From positions 1 through 54,070 of the forward strand of contig JBGSJN010000004.1 in NCBI GenBank assembly GCA_041741995.1: a stretch of DNA of 54,070 bases. The letters run 5' to 3'. The notes under the pieces were generated by a model that was not told the DNA's origin, did no database searches, and saw only the letters and a list, made by a program, of their open reading frames with translations. Shown piece by piece: positions 16,301 to 24,911 of the stretch (positions within the stretch are counted from its first letter, which is position 1; each line of letters starts with the position of its first letter). The translations under genes were made by a program, and so were the position numbers. The DNA is from Bacillota bacterium (lineage in GTDB: Bacteria > Bacillota > TC1).

Positions 16301-18110
16301 CAACCGTTCAACTGCAAAAGAATATCAAATGGACTTTAAAAGTAAAAAAATTAATATTCTTAGTAGTTCTACGACCTTTGAAATGGGAATTGATATAGGT
16401 GATCTTGAAAATGTATATATGAGAAATATTCCGCCATCACCTGCAAATTATGTTCAAAGAGCTGGACGAGCAGGGAGAAGCAAGGATACTGCAGCATATA
16501 TATTGACATATTGCAGTAATAGTTCTCATGATTATACATATTTTAGCGATCCTGAAAAAATGATAAAGGGAGTAATTAGACCTCCATATTTTAATGTATT
16601 TAATGATAAAATAGTAGTTCGACATTTGATGGCTACATGTCTTGGTTCTTTCTTCAGAACTTATCCAGTATATTTTAATACAATAGATGGCTTAGTATTT
16701 AAAGATGGATATAAGGTTTTAAAAGATTATATAAATAGTCATCCAGATGATTTAAATAAATATATTAATGAAAAGATTATACCTGAGGAAATATATTTAG
16801 GGTATCATAATTTCAAATGGTTTGATGAAATGAACGGTGATGATGAAAAGATGAGCTATTTTATTGATACTATTCAACAAATGGCCACTGAATACGAAGA
16901 AGCTAAAAATAATGCAATATCTGAAGAGAATTATTCTGAAGCTGATTATTATAAAAAGCAGATTGAAAATTTACATAAATTAGGTGTTATTGAATCGCTT
17001 TCAGATTATAGCATAATTCCAAAGTATGGTTTTCCAGTAAATGTTGTCGATCTTCAAATATATCAGGATGGTAAAATTGTTAAAGTTTATAAAAATGGTA
17101 GAGTAGACGAAAAATATAATTTGAGTCGAGATCTTAAGATCGCAATTTCAGAGTATGCGCCAGATTCTGAAGTAATAACAGATGGCAATAAGTATACCTC
17201 TAAGTATATTTCATTACCAAAGGCTACTGAATTTCCTAAAAGATATTTTTCAACATGCACGAACTGCAAGAAGGTTAATGTCTATATAAGTAGTAGTGTA
17301 ACTATTAATTGTAAATATTGTGGTGAAAAATTAGATACCAATAATGCTGAGTACTATATTGAACCGAAAAATGGATTCAAGACTGGTTTAACAAAAGAAA
17401 GTTCTCGAATGAAACCAAAAAAGTCTTACTCCGGTGAAGTCTCATATCTTGGTGGGGGAATCAAGGATGAGGATTGTATGGATATAGGAAAAACTATCAA
17501 GTTAGAGAGCAGCAGGAATGATAATCTTTTGATCTTAAATAAGTCAAATTTCCACATGTGCCCTATTTGTGGCTATAGTGATGTAGCTAAAGGGAAAAAT
17601 ATCTACCCTCAAATTTTTAAAAAGCATAAGAACTTTAGGGCATATGATTGTCCAAATGAAACTCTAGATAAATTGAGATTAGGTCATCAGTTTCAAACAG
17701 ATGTAGTAAGGTTTACTATTCCTTTGCTAGGTTCAGGTGAAAAGACCAGTTATTCAATTGCTTTGTCTTTCTTGTATGCATTTTTGGAGGGTGTAAGTAA
17801 TGCACTTGATATAGAAAGAAATGATATTAATGGTATTCTTGAACTGAATTTAGAAAAAAATAGTTATGATATCTTATTGTATGACAATGTACCTGGTGGA
17901 GCAGGGCATGTTAAAAGTCTGATGAATTCTAAAGCTGTAGTTGATTCACTCAGATGGTCATTGAAAAAGGTTTCTCAAAAATGTTGTGATGAAAATACTT
18001 CATGTTATAACTGTTTAAGAAACTATAACAATCAGTCTCATCATAGTCGCTTACAAAGAATATATGCAAAAAACGTCATAGAACAATTATTAACTGATAT
18101 TGCTGATTGA
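13386..18110 (+). CDS. Giant DEAD/DEAH-box SF2 helicase with inserted zinc ribbons and a C-terminal DUF1998 (MZB) Cys-cluster domain; DruE-like
   Basis: GTGSGKT (13713-13733), DEAH (14136-14147), SAT and QRAGRAGR (16455-16478) are present. The C-terminus carries GGAGH and CC..(5)..CxxC (17982-18014). The TTG start overlaps the upstream stop. Confidence 0.85.
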   Translation: MKKLNPIERSQYINNRFKEYLRSSFQFGKGKLQKLFENQLDQEELFKGPYVDLNLPFKRGKSLDGLMNEGLVCKSFSKLSDINFERPLYSHQEESLRNIGSGRSAIITTGTGSGKTESFLYPILNDLLSEIEKGNKDVGIRAIFLYPMNALVNDQMDRLRKILLDCPEIKYGFFTGDTKESVPANYRKKYGEDNGLVIPDNELVSREEIRENPPHLLFTNYSMLEYLLIRPNDYAIFVPARLKNWKYVVLDEAHTYSGAKGIELSMLMRRLTGLAPEKPSFILTSATLGEKGKSENEIIEFAKNLTSASFDVQDIIFSKRIPLKKDDLDYRITGSDYIRIKENIKDYGVVKSIGDSYKKIEFEDFKEYLFELLSSDNNVYDIYSILKDGCKTIGTILDGLNSYVSDLELIALIDLINLAEKNNIGLFDLKYHSFVRPLSGAYINLSEDPKIMLTKTNYIDGLKAFEIGNCRFCGSPYIVGKIQHNDTDQLDYLFQNQEVDIYENYGNNEYIKLDFFLMENAVNEDEYDKSNLEEYVICVKCGSLHHSKNLNSRKCTCDTSFHKIIYRVGQSNTDDKENLNNITQCPCCGDKGRSGVVKTVNLGKDEGTAIVAQTLFEAIGDDSEKTEKTGKLSLKLKDKNESIKLQDKVKQFLAFSDSRQQASFAAVFLDSNHVRMLRKRLIWNVIEDQNYRDIAVDELASYLSSTIKTKDLFSNDLTAHKNAWVTILIDLLRVDGAYDGEGLGLFYFAIDLRDILDRIDDEDIHETFGRYNIDKNDLATIIQVAFNIFKTTPAVSYIKSTLTPDEKKEYMEYRRFDNYVMYNCQKSIKGIRSLLPIKGGENKIIRYLKKVCKCSNEEAAEILDIIFNSLAVGISGIEGTERLMIKHDKEEAYQIDSSKYILKNYKNSNYYQCSKCGKLTPHNVHDVCTQDKCDGMLVEIDPDQVLGHNYYRSQYKTKKIERIVIKEHTAQLNRSTAKEYQMDFKSKKINILSSSTTFEMGIDIGDLENVYMRNIPPSPANYVQRAGRAGRSKDTAAYILTYCSNSSHDYTYFSDPEKMIKGVIRPPYFNVFNDKIVVRHLMATCLGSFFRTYPVYFNTIDGLVFKDGYKVLKDYINSHPDDLNKYINEKIIPEEIYLGYHNFKWFDEMNGDDEKMSYFIDTIQQMATEYEEAKNNAISEENYSEADYYKKQIENLHKLGVIESLSDYSIIPKYGFPVNVVDLQIYQDGKIVKVYKNGRVDEKYNLSRDLKIAISEYAPDSEVITDGNKYTSKYISLPKATEFPKRYFSTCTNCKKVNVYISSSVTINCKYCGEKLDTNNAEYYIEPKNGFKTGLTKESSRMKPKKSYSGEVSYLGGGIKDEDCMDIGKTIKLESSRNDNLLILNKSNFHMCPICGYSDVAKGKNIYPQIFKKHKNFRAYDCPNETLDKLRLGHQFQTDVVRFTIPLLGSGEKTSYSIALSFLYAFLEGVSNALDIERNDINGILELNLEKNSYDILLYDNVPGGAGHVKSLMNSKAVVDSLRWSLKKVSQKCCDENTSCYNCLRNYNNQSHHSRLQRIYAKNVIEQLLTDIAD

Positions 18111-18150
18111 TATTAAATGTAAAAAATACTATATCGGTAATCTGAGAAAA

Positions 18151-18159
18151 TGATATAAT
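18151..18159 (+). promoter_or_regulatory. Extended -10 box TGATATAAT upstream of hsdM
   Basis: TGnTATAAT lies 47 nt upstream of ATG 18206. Confidence 0.3.
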
Positions 18160-18205
18160 TAAAATAATGTGTTAATAAAACGTAATATTGAGGAGTAAAT
18201 GAATA

Positions 18206-19924
18206 ATGGGATTAAGTTCAAACATACAAGAAAAAGCAAATCTAATCTGGGCGATAGCTGATAAATTGACTGGAGTATACAAACCACACGAGTATGGTGA
18301 AGTTATACTACCACTAACAGTAATAAGAAGGTTTGACTGTATACTAGAAGAGACAAAAGACAAGGTGCTCGCAAAAAACGAAAAAATAGGATCAGTAGCA
18401 ATGAAAGATACCTTTTTATGCAAAGAATCAGGTTATGCATTCTATAACACAAGTAAATATGATTTCAGAAAACTATTAGATGCACCAGACAATATAGAAG
18501 CTAACTTTAGATCATATCTTAATTCATTTTCAGAAAATGTAAGGAATATTATTGAGAAGTTCGATTTTGATAAGCAAATAACAAGACTAGCAAATAATAA
18601 TCTTCTATATATTGTTATACAAGAGTTTGTTACTCCAAAGGCTGATCTTCATCCAGATAAGATATCTAATCTTGAGATGGGATATATCTTTGAGGAGATT
18701 ATTCGTAAGTTTTCCGAGGCTCATAATGAAGATGCTGGACAACACTATACTCCTAGAGAAGTAATTGAACTAATGGTTAATATTTTATTTTATGAGGATA
18801 GTGAGCTGTTATCCACTAATATTGCAAAGACTATATATGATCCCGCTTGTGGAACAGGGGGCATGCTTTCTGTTGCTTCTGATTATTTGACTCGTATGAA
18901 TAGTGGTGCAGAGTTAATATCTTTTGGTCAAGAAATAAATGAGCAGACGTATGCTATTTGTAAGGCTGATATGTTAATTAAGTGTGCAGCAGCAGATAAT
19001 ATTAAGAATGGTAATACTCTTTCTGATGATAAGTTTCCAGGTGAGCATTTTGACTATATATTGTCTAATCCTCCATTTGGAAGAGAATGGAAGAATGATA
19101 AACAAAAAGTTGAAGCGGAAGCTAAGTTAGGCTTTGGTGGTAGATTTGGTGCTGGTCTTCCTGCTATTGGCGATGGTCAGTTATTGTTCATGCAAACTGC
19201 TTTAGCAAAAATGAAACCTCAAGGTAGTAGGATAGCTATTATTCATAATGGTTCTCCTTTGTTTACAGGTGATGCTGGTAGTGGTCCTTCTGAGATTAGA
19301 AGGTATATTCTAGAGAATGATTTATTGGAGGCTATTGTAGCTTTACCAAATGATATATTCTATAATACTGGGATTGCTACATATATATGGGTTCTTTCAA
19401 ATAAGAAGAAGAATCATAGAAAAGGTAAAGTTCAACTTATTAATGCTAATGAGTTATATGAGAAGAGGAGAAAGTCTTTGGGTAGTAAGCGTAATGATAT
19501 TCCTGAAAAGTATATTGAGTTGATTACTAATGTTTATGCTGATTTCAAGGAGTCTGATATTAGTAAGATTTTTGATAATGAGGATTTCGGTTATTCTAAG
19601 ATAGTGGTCGAAAGACCTTTGTTGGATGATAAGGGTAATAAGGTTCTTAAGAATGGTAAGCCTGTTGCTGATTCTTCATTGCGTGATTCTGAGAATGTTC
19701 CTTTGAAGGAGGATATTAGGGAGTATTTTAATAGGGAAGTTATTCCTTTTGCTCCTGATGCTTGGATTGATAAGAGTAAGACTAAGGTTGGCTATGAGAT
19801 TCCTTTTACTAGGTATTTTTATAGGTATGAGGCTCCTAGACCTTCTAGGGAAATAATGGCTGAGATTCTTGAGTTAGAGAAAGAATTGAATGGTGTATTA
19901 TCTGAGGTGTTTGATGTTAGATGA
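18206..19924 (+). CDS. hsdM: Type I restriction-modification system, DNA methyltransferase subunit M (N6-adenine)
   Basis: Motif I DPACGTGGML and motif IV NPPFG are present. It is 572 aa, has SD AGGAG 10 nt upstream, and is followed by hsdS and hsdR. Confidence 0.9.
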   Translation: MGLSSNIQEKANLIWAIADKLTGVYKPHEYGEVILPLTVIRRFDCILEETKDKVLAKNEKIGSVAMKDTFLCKESGYAFYNTSKYDFRKLLDAPDNIEANFRSYLNSFSENVRNIIEKFDFDKQITRLANNNLLYIVIQEFVTPKADLHPDKISNLEMGYIFEEIIRKFSEAHNEDAGQHYTPREVIELMVNILFYEDSELLSTNIAKTIYDPACGTGGMLSVASDYLTRMNSGAELISFGQEINEQTYAICKADMLIKCAAADNIKNGNTLSDDKFPGEHFDYILSNPPFGREWKNDKQKVEAEAKLGFGGRFGAGLPAIGDGQLLFMQTALAKMKPQGSRIAIIHNGSPLFTGDAGSGPSEIRRYILENDLLEAIVALPNDIFYNTGIATYIWVLSNKKKNHRKGKVQLINANELYEKRRKSLGSKRNDIPEKYIELITNVYADFKESDISKIFDNEDFGYSKIVVERPLLDDKGNKVLKNGKPVADSSLRDSENVPLKEDIREYFNREVIPFAPDAWIDKSKTKVGYEIPFTRYFYRYEAPRPSREIMAEILELEKELNGVLSEVFDVR

Positions 19925-20582
19925 TCAGAAAGCTAAATTCTATGTACGATTATTTACAAAAGAAAATCATTTTAAAGACTTTTTAAATAACTATTTATAT
20001 ATGAATGAAGCAATATTTTTTTCTAAATATGACGATGAATTAATTGGTGATATAACAGAAGGAAAAATATTCAATGGTTGTGATGAAGCAAAATTAATTA
20101 TTGGGAAGGACAATCCAATAGTAATTGATAAAGTTGAAATGCCATTATACAACTGGTACATATATTGTCTATTTGAATTATTTGATAATGAAGTTAATCT
20201 TAAAATGGATAGTTTAGAAATAACAAGTATAAAATTTCAAAATTTTATTAATCAATATTTAATAAGTAATAAACAAGTATTTATTGTTCTAATTGATTCA
20301 GAAAAATTTGATCAAGTTATTAAAAAGTATCTTGTAGGCAAAGAATATTTTTATGACGATATAACATTCTCAGACTTAACCCCTTCTGAAAGATTTATGG
20401 CTTACATGACGAATGGAGTAAAATCAATATTATATAATAAAAAATTAAAATATGCGAAGTATTTTTCTGAAAAGCGATTATCAGTTTTTCATGATGAAAA
20501 AAAAGATAAAATCATATTGAAAATAGAAGGTATAAAAGATTCTATTATTAATATATATACTAAAAAGGCTGGTGAAATTTAA
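19914..20582 (+). CDS. Uncharacterised protein embedded between hsdM and hsdS (ORF track 19890-20582; ATG 19914 preferred, 222 aa)
   Basis: SD GAGGTG (19904-19909) precedes ATG 19914. It overlaps the hsdM stop, and its TAA overlaps the hsdS ATG (TAATG at 20580-20584). It is very AT-rich and I recognise no motif. Confidence 0.6.
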   Translation: MLDDQKAKFYVRLFTKENHFKDFLNNYLYMNEAIFFSKYDDELIGDITEGKIFNGCDEAKLIIGKDNPIVIDKVEMPLYNWYIYCLFELFDNEVNLKMDSLEITSIKFQNFINQYLISNKQVFIVLIDSEKFDQVIKKYLVGKEYFYDDITFSDLTPSERFMAYMTNGVKSILYNKKLKYAKYFSEKRLSVFHDEKKDKIILKIEGIKDSIINIYTKKAGEI

Positions 20583-21865
20583 TGAGCATTTACGAATATA
20601 TGGATAGTGGAATTGAGTGGATAGGTGTAATTCCAAAAAGTTGGAAATTAAAAAAAATAGGTAACATATATATTGAAAGAAATGAAAAGGTTAGCGATAA
20701 AGATTATGCGCCATTATCTGTTACAAAAAAAGGTATTGTTTCACAATTAGATTCAGCTGCAAAAAGTAATGATGGAGATAACAGAAAATTAGTTAAGTTA
20801 AATGATTTTGTAATTAATAGTCGTTCTGATAGAAGAGGTTCATGTGGAATTTCTTCATTAAATGGTTCTGTATCTTTAATTAATACAGTGTTGAAACCTA
20901 GAGAAGATATCAATAATTTGTTTTATAATTATGTTTTCAAATCTGAAGGATTTGCAGATGAATTTTACAGGTGGGGAAATGGTATTGTAAATGATTTATG
21001 GTCAACTAAATATTCCAATATGAAAAAAATCTATATACCTTATCCTGATATAAAAATACAAGAGCGGATAGCCAATTATTTGAATTCACGTTGTACTTTA
21101 ATTGATCAAACTATAGAAAAACAAAAACTAATAATTGAAAAACTTAAAGCTTATAAGCAATCGGTAATTACAGAAGCAGTTACTAAAGGGTTAAATCCGA
21201 ATGTTCCAATGAAAGATAGTGGAATAGAGGTAATTGGTGAAATACCGTCAGGATTCAAAGTAACTAAAATTAAAAAAATTTGTACAATATATGGAAGAAT
21301 AGGATTTAGAGGATATACGCAAGAAGATTTAGTTAGCGAAGGTGAGGGCGCTATTACACTAAGCCCATCTAACATCGATAATATGAAAATTACATATAAT
21401 AAATGTGCATATTTAACATGGGGGAAATATTTCGAAAGTCCAGAAATTCAAATAAATGAAGGTGATATATTATTTGTAAAGACAGGATCCTCATATGGTA
21501 AAGCTGCTATAGTTATTAATCTCCCTATGGAAGCTACAATTAACCCACAGTTAATTGTATTTAAAGATTTTATAATTAATCAAAAGTACTTTATGTATTA
21601 TTTAAATTCATCAATATGTCATTATCAAGTAGAACAATCAATCGTTGGTGGTACTATACCAACACTATCACAAAGTAAAATAAGTAACTTCACAGTTATT
21701 GTACCTAAAGAAAAAGAACTTAATAACATAGTGGAATATTTAGATAGAAAATGTAGTGGAATAGAACAAAACATAAACACGAATAATAGTATAATAGAAA
21801 AATTAGAAAAATATAAAAAATCCCTAATATACGAATGCGTAACAGGAAAACGAGAGGTGAAATAA
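20582..21865 (+). CDS. hsdS: Type I R-M specificity subunit S
   Basis: Two target-recognition halves are each followed by a conserved helical spacer (...LIDQTIEKQKLIIEKLKAYKQSVITEAVTKGL... and ...GIEQNINTNNSIIEKLEKYKKSLIYECVTGK...). Confidence 0.85.
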   Translation: MSIYEYMDSGIEWIGVIPKSWKLKKIGNIYIERNEKVSDKDYAPLSVTKKGIVSQLDSAAKSNDGDNRKLVKLNDFVINSRSDRRGSCGISSLNGSVSLINTVLKPREDINNLFYNYVFKSEGFADEFYRWGNGIVNDLWSTKYSNMKKIYIPYPDIKIQERIANYLNSRCTLIDQTIEKQKLIIEKLKAYKQSVITEAVTKGLNPNVPMKDSGIEVIGEIPSGFKVTKIKKICTIYGRIGFRGYTQEDLVSEGEGAITLSPSNIDNMKITYNKCAYLTWGKYFESPEIQINEGDILFVKTGSSYGKAAIVINLPMEATINPQLIVFKDFIINQKYFMYYLNSSICHYQVEQSIVGGTIPTLSQSKISNFTVIVPKEKELNNIVEYLDRKCSGIEQNINTNNSIIEKLEKYKKSLIYECVTGKREVK

Positions 21866-24800
21866 TGTCTGATGAACTACTAAAAGAACTCAACTTTGAG
21901 CTGGCGATTGAACAATATCTGATAGATGAAGCAGGATACCAAAAAGGTGATCCAACAGCATTTGACAGAGCACTAGCAATAGACAAAGAAACCCTATTGA
22001 CTTTTATTAAGAATACACAACCAAAAAAATGGGAAAAGTATGAGGGAATCTATGGTAGTGAAGCAAGTAGTTCATTAATCAAAAGACTAGACAAAGAAAT
22101 AACCTCAAGAGGACTACTAAGCGTACTAAGAAAAGGTATTGACGACAGAGGGATAAAATTCTATATCGCATACTTCAAACCAGAAACATCAATGAACCAA
22201 GATGCCTTGAATAAGTACGAACAAAACATACTACACTGTACAAGACAACTACACTACTCCATACTAAATGAAAACAGTATAGATATGGTGCTGTTTTTAA
22301 ATGGAATACCAGTAGTCAGCATGGAACTAAAAAGTCAGTTCACTGGCCAGACCGCCATGAATGCTATAAACCAATACAAGTTCGATAGAGCAAGTAAGGA
22401 TAAAATATTCGAATTCAGAAATAGAGTATTAGTTCACTTTGCAGTAGACCTATTCGAAGTATTCATGACAACACAACTAGCAGGAGAAAAAACATACTTT
22501 CTACCCTTCAATAAAGGATCAGGTGGATCCGGGAATGTTGGAGGCAAGGGAAATCCTATGGTAGAGAACGACTATCAAAGCTCATACCTATGGAAAGAAG
22601 TGCTAGTTAAAGATAGCTTGATGGAAATCTTGCAGAAATATATGCACCTGCAAAAAGAAGAAAGAATAAACGACAAAGGTGATAAATACCAGAAAGAAAC
22701 AATGATATTCCCAAGATATCATCAATTCGATGTAGTCACAAAACTATTATCTGATGTTAAGGAAAATGGTTCAGGAAAGAACTACCTAATCCAACACAGT
22801 GCAGGAAGTGGAAAATCAAACTCCATAGCCTGGCTGGCACATCGTTTATCAGGATTACATAGTGAAGATGATGAGAAGATCTTTCAATCAATAATTGTTG
22901 TAACAGATAGAAAAGTTCTAGATAGTCAATTACAACAAACTATATACCAGTTTGACCATGTCCTAGGTGTTGTTGAATGTATAGATAACAAGAAACACTC
23001 AACAGATTTAAGAGATGCAATAAATGCAGGCAAGCAGATTATAATTACTACCTTACAAAAATTCCCAATCATTTTTAAAGAAGTAACAAGTGAAAAAAGA
23101 AAGTTTGCCATAATTGTCGATGAGGCACACTCCAGTCAGACAGGAGAAGCTGCCAAGAAACTTAAAATTGCACTTGGTGATACTGAAGAAATATTAGAAA
23201 AATTTAGAGCAGAAGAAGAAGATGAAGAAAAGAATAATAAGGATTATGAAGACAAAATGATTGAAGCAATGGCATCTCATGGAAAACTTGATAATCTATC
23301 ATTTTTTGCCTTTACTGCCACACCAAAAGAAAAGACACTTCAGATGTTTGGAGAGAAATTACCAAGTGAAATTATTGGTGAAAAACCAAAGTACAGGGCA
23401 TTTCATATCTATTCCATGAGACAGGCAATAGAAGAAGGCTTTATACTTGATGTTTTGAAGAACTATACTACCTACAAGATGTTCTATAAGATAATAAAGA
23501 AAGCCAATGATGATCCTGAAGTTGAAGCTGGAAGAGCAGCAAAGGAAATAGTTAAGTATGAAACTTTGCATCCCCACAATATAGCTCAAAAGACAGCTAT
23601 TATGATTGAACACTTTAGAAATACTACCAAGAACAAGATAAATGGACGTGCTAAAGCAATGGTGGTAACAGGATCAAGATTACATGCTGTTCGCTATTTA
23701 TTAGAGTTTAGACGATATATAAAAGAAGCTGGTTACACCGATATGGATATATTGGTGGCATTTTCTGGTGTTGTTAAGGATGATAATGCTGAATATAGCG
23801 AGGAAAAATTAAATACAACTAAGAATGGTCAAATGATTAAAGAACATCAGTTGAAGGAATATTTCCATACTGATAGCTATAATGTTTTAATAGTTGCGGA
23901 AAAATATCAGACAGGCTTTGATGAACCATTATTACATACAATGTTCGTTGATAAGAAATTATCTGGAGTCAAGGCTGTTCAAACCCTATCTAGATTGAAC
24001 AGAACCATGAAAGGTAAGACTGATACCTTCGTTCTTGATTTTGTGAATACTGCAGATGAAATAAAGGCTTCATTTGAACCATATTATGAAGCTTCTATTC
24101 TTGAGGGTGAAACAGATCCTAATGTTATTTATGATTTGAAGATTAAGCTTGATGATTATCAGGTTTATCAACCAAACGAGATTGAACGTTTTGATGAAGC
24201 TTTATATACAAAGAAAGATAATGATCTACAAGCTATTTTAGTTGCTTGTATTAAACCTGCCAGGGATAGATTTATGGCTATTGAAAAAGTTGAACAGAAA
24301 GATGAGTTTAGGACTATACTTGCCAGGTTTATTCGTATATATTCTTTTGTTACTCAAATAAGTAGAATGTTTGATTTGGAGATGCAGAAATTTTATGAAT
24401 ATTGCAGATTTTTATTAACCTGTATACCAAAGGAAGGTAATGAGAAGATTGATTTATCTGATAATTTGTTATTAGAGTATTATAAGCTACAGGAATCCTT
24501 TAATGGTGATATTGTCTTAGAAGGTGGAGTTGAACTTGAACCAATAACTGGTGAAGCTGGAGCTAAGGAAAAAATTAAGGATCAACTGTCTCTTATTATT
24601 GAAAAGATGAATGAAAGATTTGGAACTCAGTTTACTCAACAGGATAAGGTCCTTGATCAGATGAAGGCTGATTTTGCTGGTGATGAGAAGCTTGTTAATG
24701 CTGCTCAGTCTAGTGATAAGTCTTTGTTTAATCATTTATATAAGCAGAGGTTTAAGGATGTTGCTGTGAATAGGTATGAGGAGAATGATGGTTTCTTTAT

Positions 24801-24885
24801 GGATTTATTTAATGATGAGAATAAGCTTAAGTTTGTGATGAATATGATGGCTGAGGTTGTTTATAATGATTTGAGGAATAGATAA
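21865..24885 (+). CDS. hsdR: Type I R-M restriction endonuclease/translocase subunit R (ORF track start 21835; ATG 21865 preferred)
   Basis: TAATG overlaps the hsdS stop and SD GAGAGGTG lies upstream. The N-terminal nuclease-like segment is IDMVLFLNGIPVVSMELK. Helicase motifs HSAGSGKS, IIVDEAHSSQ and QTLSRLNR are present. Confidence 0.9.
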   Translation: MSDELLKELNFELAIEQYLIDEAGYQKGDPTAFDRALAIDKETLLTFIKNTQPKKWEKYEGIYGSEASSSLIKRLDKEITSRGLLSVLRKGIDDRGIKFYIAYFKPETSMNQDALNKYEQNILHCTRQLHYSILNENSIDMVLFLNGIPVVSMELKSQFTGQTAMNAINQYKFDRASKDKIFEFRNRVLVHFAVDLFEVFMTTQLAGEKTYFLPFNKGSGGSGNVGGKGNPMVENDYQSSYLWKEVLVKDSLMEILQKYMHLQKEERINDKGDKYQKETMIFPRYHQFDVVTKLLSDVKENGSGKNYLIQHSAGSGKSNSIAWLAHRLSGLHSEDDEKIFQSIIVVTDRKVLDSQLQQTIYQFDHVLGVVECIDNKKHSTDLRDAINAGKQIIITTLQKFPIIFKEVTSEKRKFAIIVDEAHSSQTGEAAKKLKIALGDTEEILEKFRAEEEDEEKNNKDYEDKMIEAMASHGKLDNLSFFAFTATPKEKTLQMFGEKLPSEIIGEKPKYRAFHIYSMRQAIEEGFILDVLKNYTTYKMFYKIIKKANDDPEVEAGRAAKEIVKYETLHPHNIAQKTAIMIEHFRNTTKNKINGRAKAMVVTGSRLHAVRYLLEFRRYIKEAGYTDMDILVAFSGVVKDDNAEYSEEKLNTTKNGQMIKEHQLKEYFHTDSYNVLIVAEKYQTGFDEPLLHTMFVDKKLSGVKAVQTLSRLNRTMKGKTDTFVLDFVNTADEIKASFEPYYEASILEGETDPNVIYDLKIKLDDYQVYQPNEIERFDEALYTKKDNDLQAILVACIKPARDRFMAIEKVEQKDEFRTILARFIRIYSFVTQISRMFDLEMQKFYEYCRFLLTCIPKEGNEKIDLSDNLLLEYYKLQESFNGDIVLEGGVELEPITGEAGAKEKIKDQLSLIIEKMNERFGTQFTQQDKVLDQMKADFAGDEKLVNAAQSSDKSLFNHLYKQRFKDVAVNRYEENDGFFMDLFNDENKLKFVMNMMAEVVYNDLRNR

Positions 24886-24911
24886 AATAAGTATTTTTTA
24901 TGGAGTAGTAT

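Noticed and set aside
21835-21864. ORF-track start of hsdR at 21835 (MRNRKTRGEI...)
   Set aside because: That start lies wholly inside hsdS and has no SD. ATG 21865 overlaps the hsdS stop (TAATG), is preceded by GAGAGGTG, and gives a typical HsdR N-terminus (MSDELLKELNFE...).
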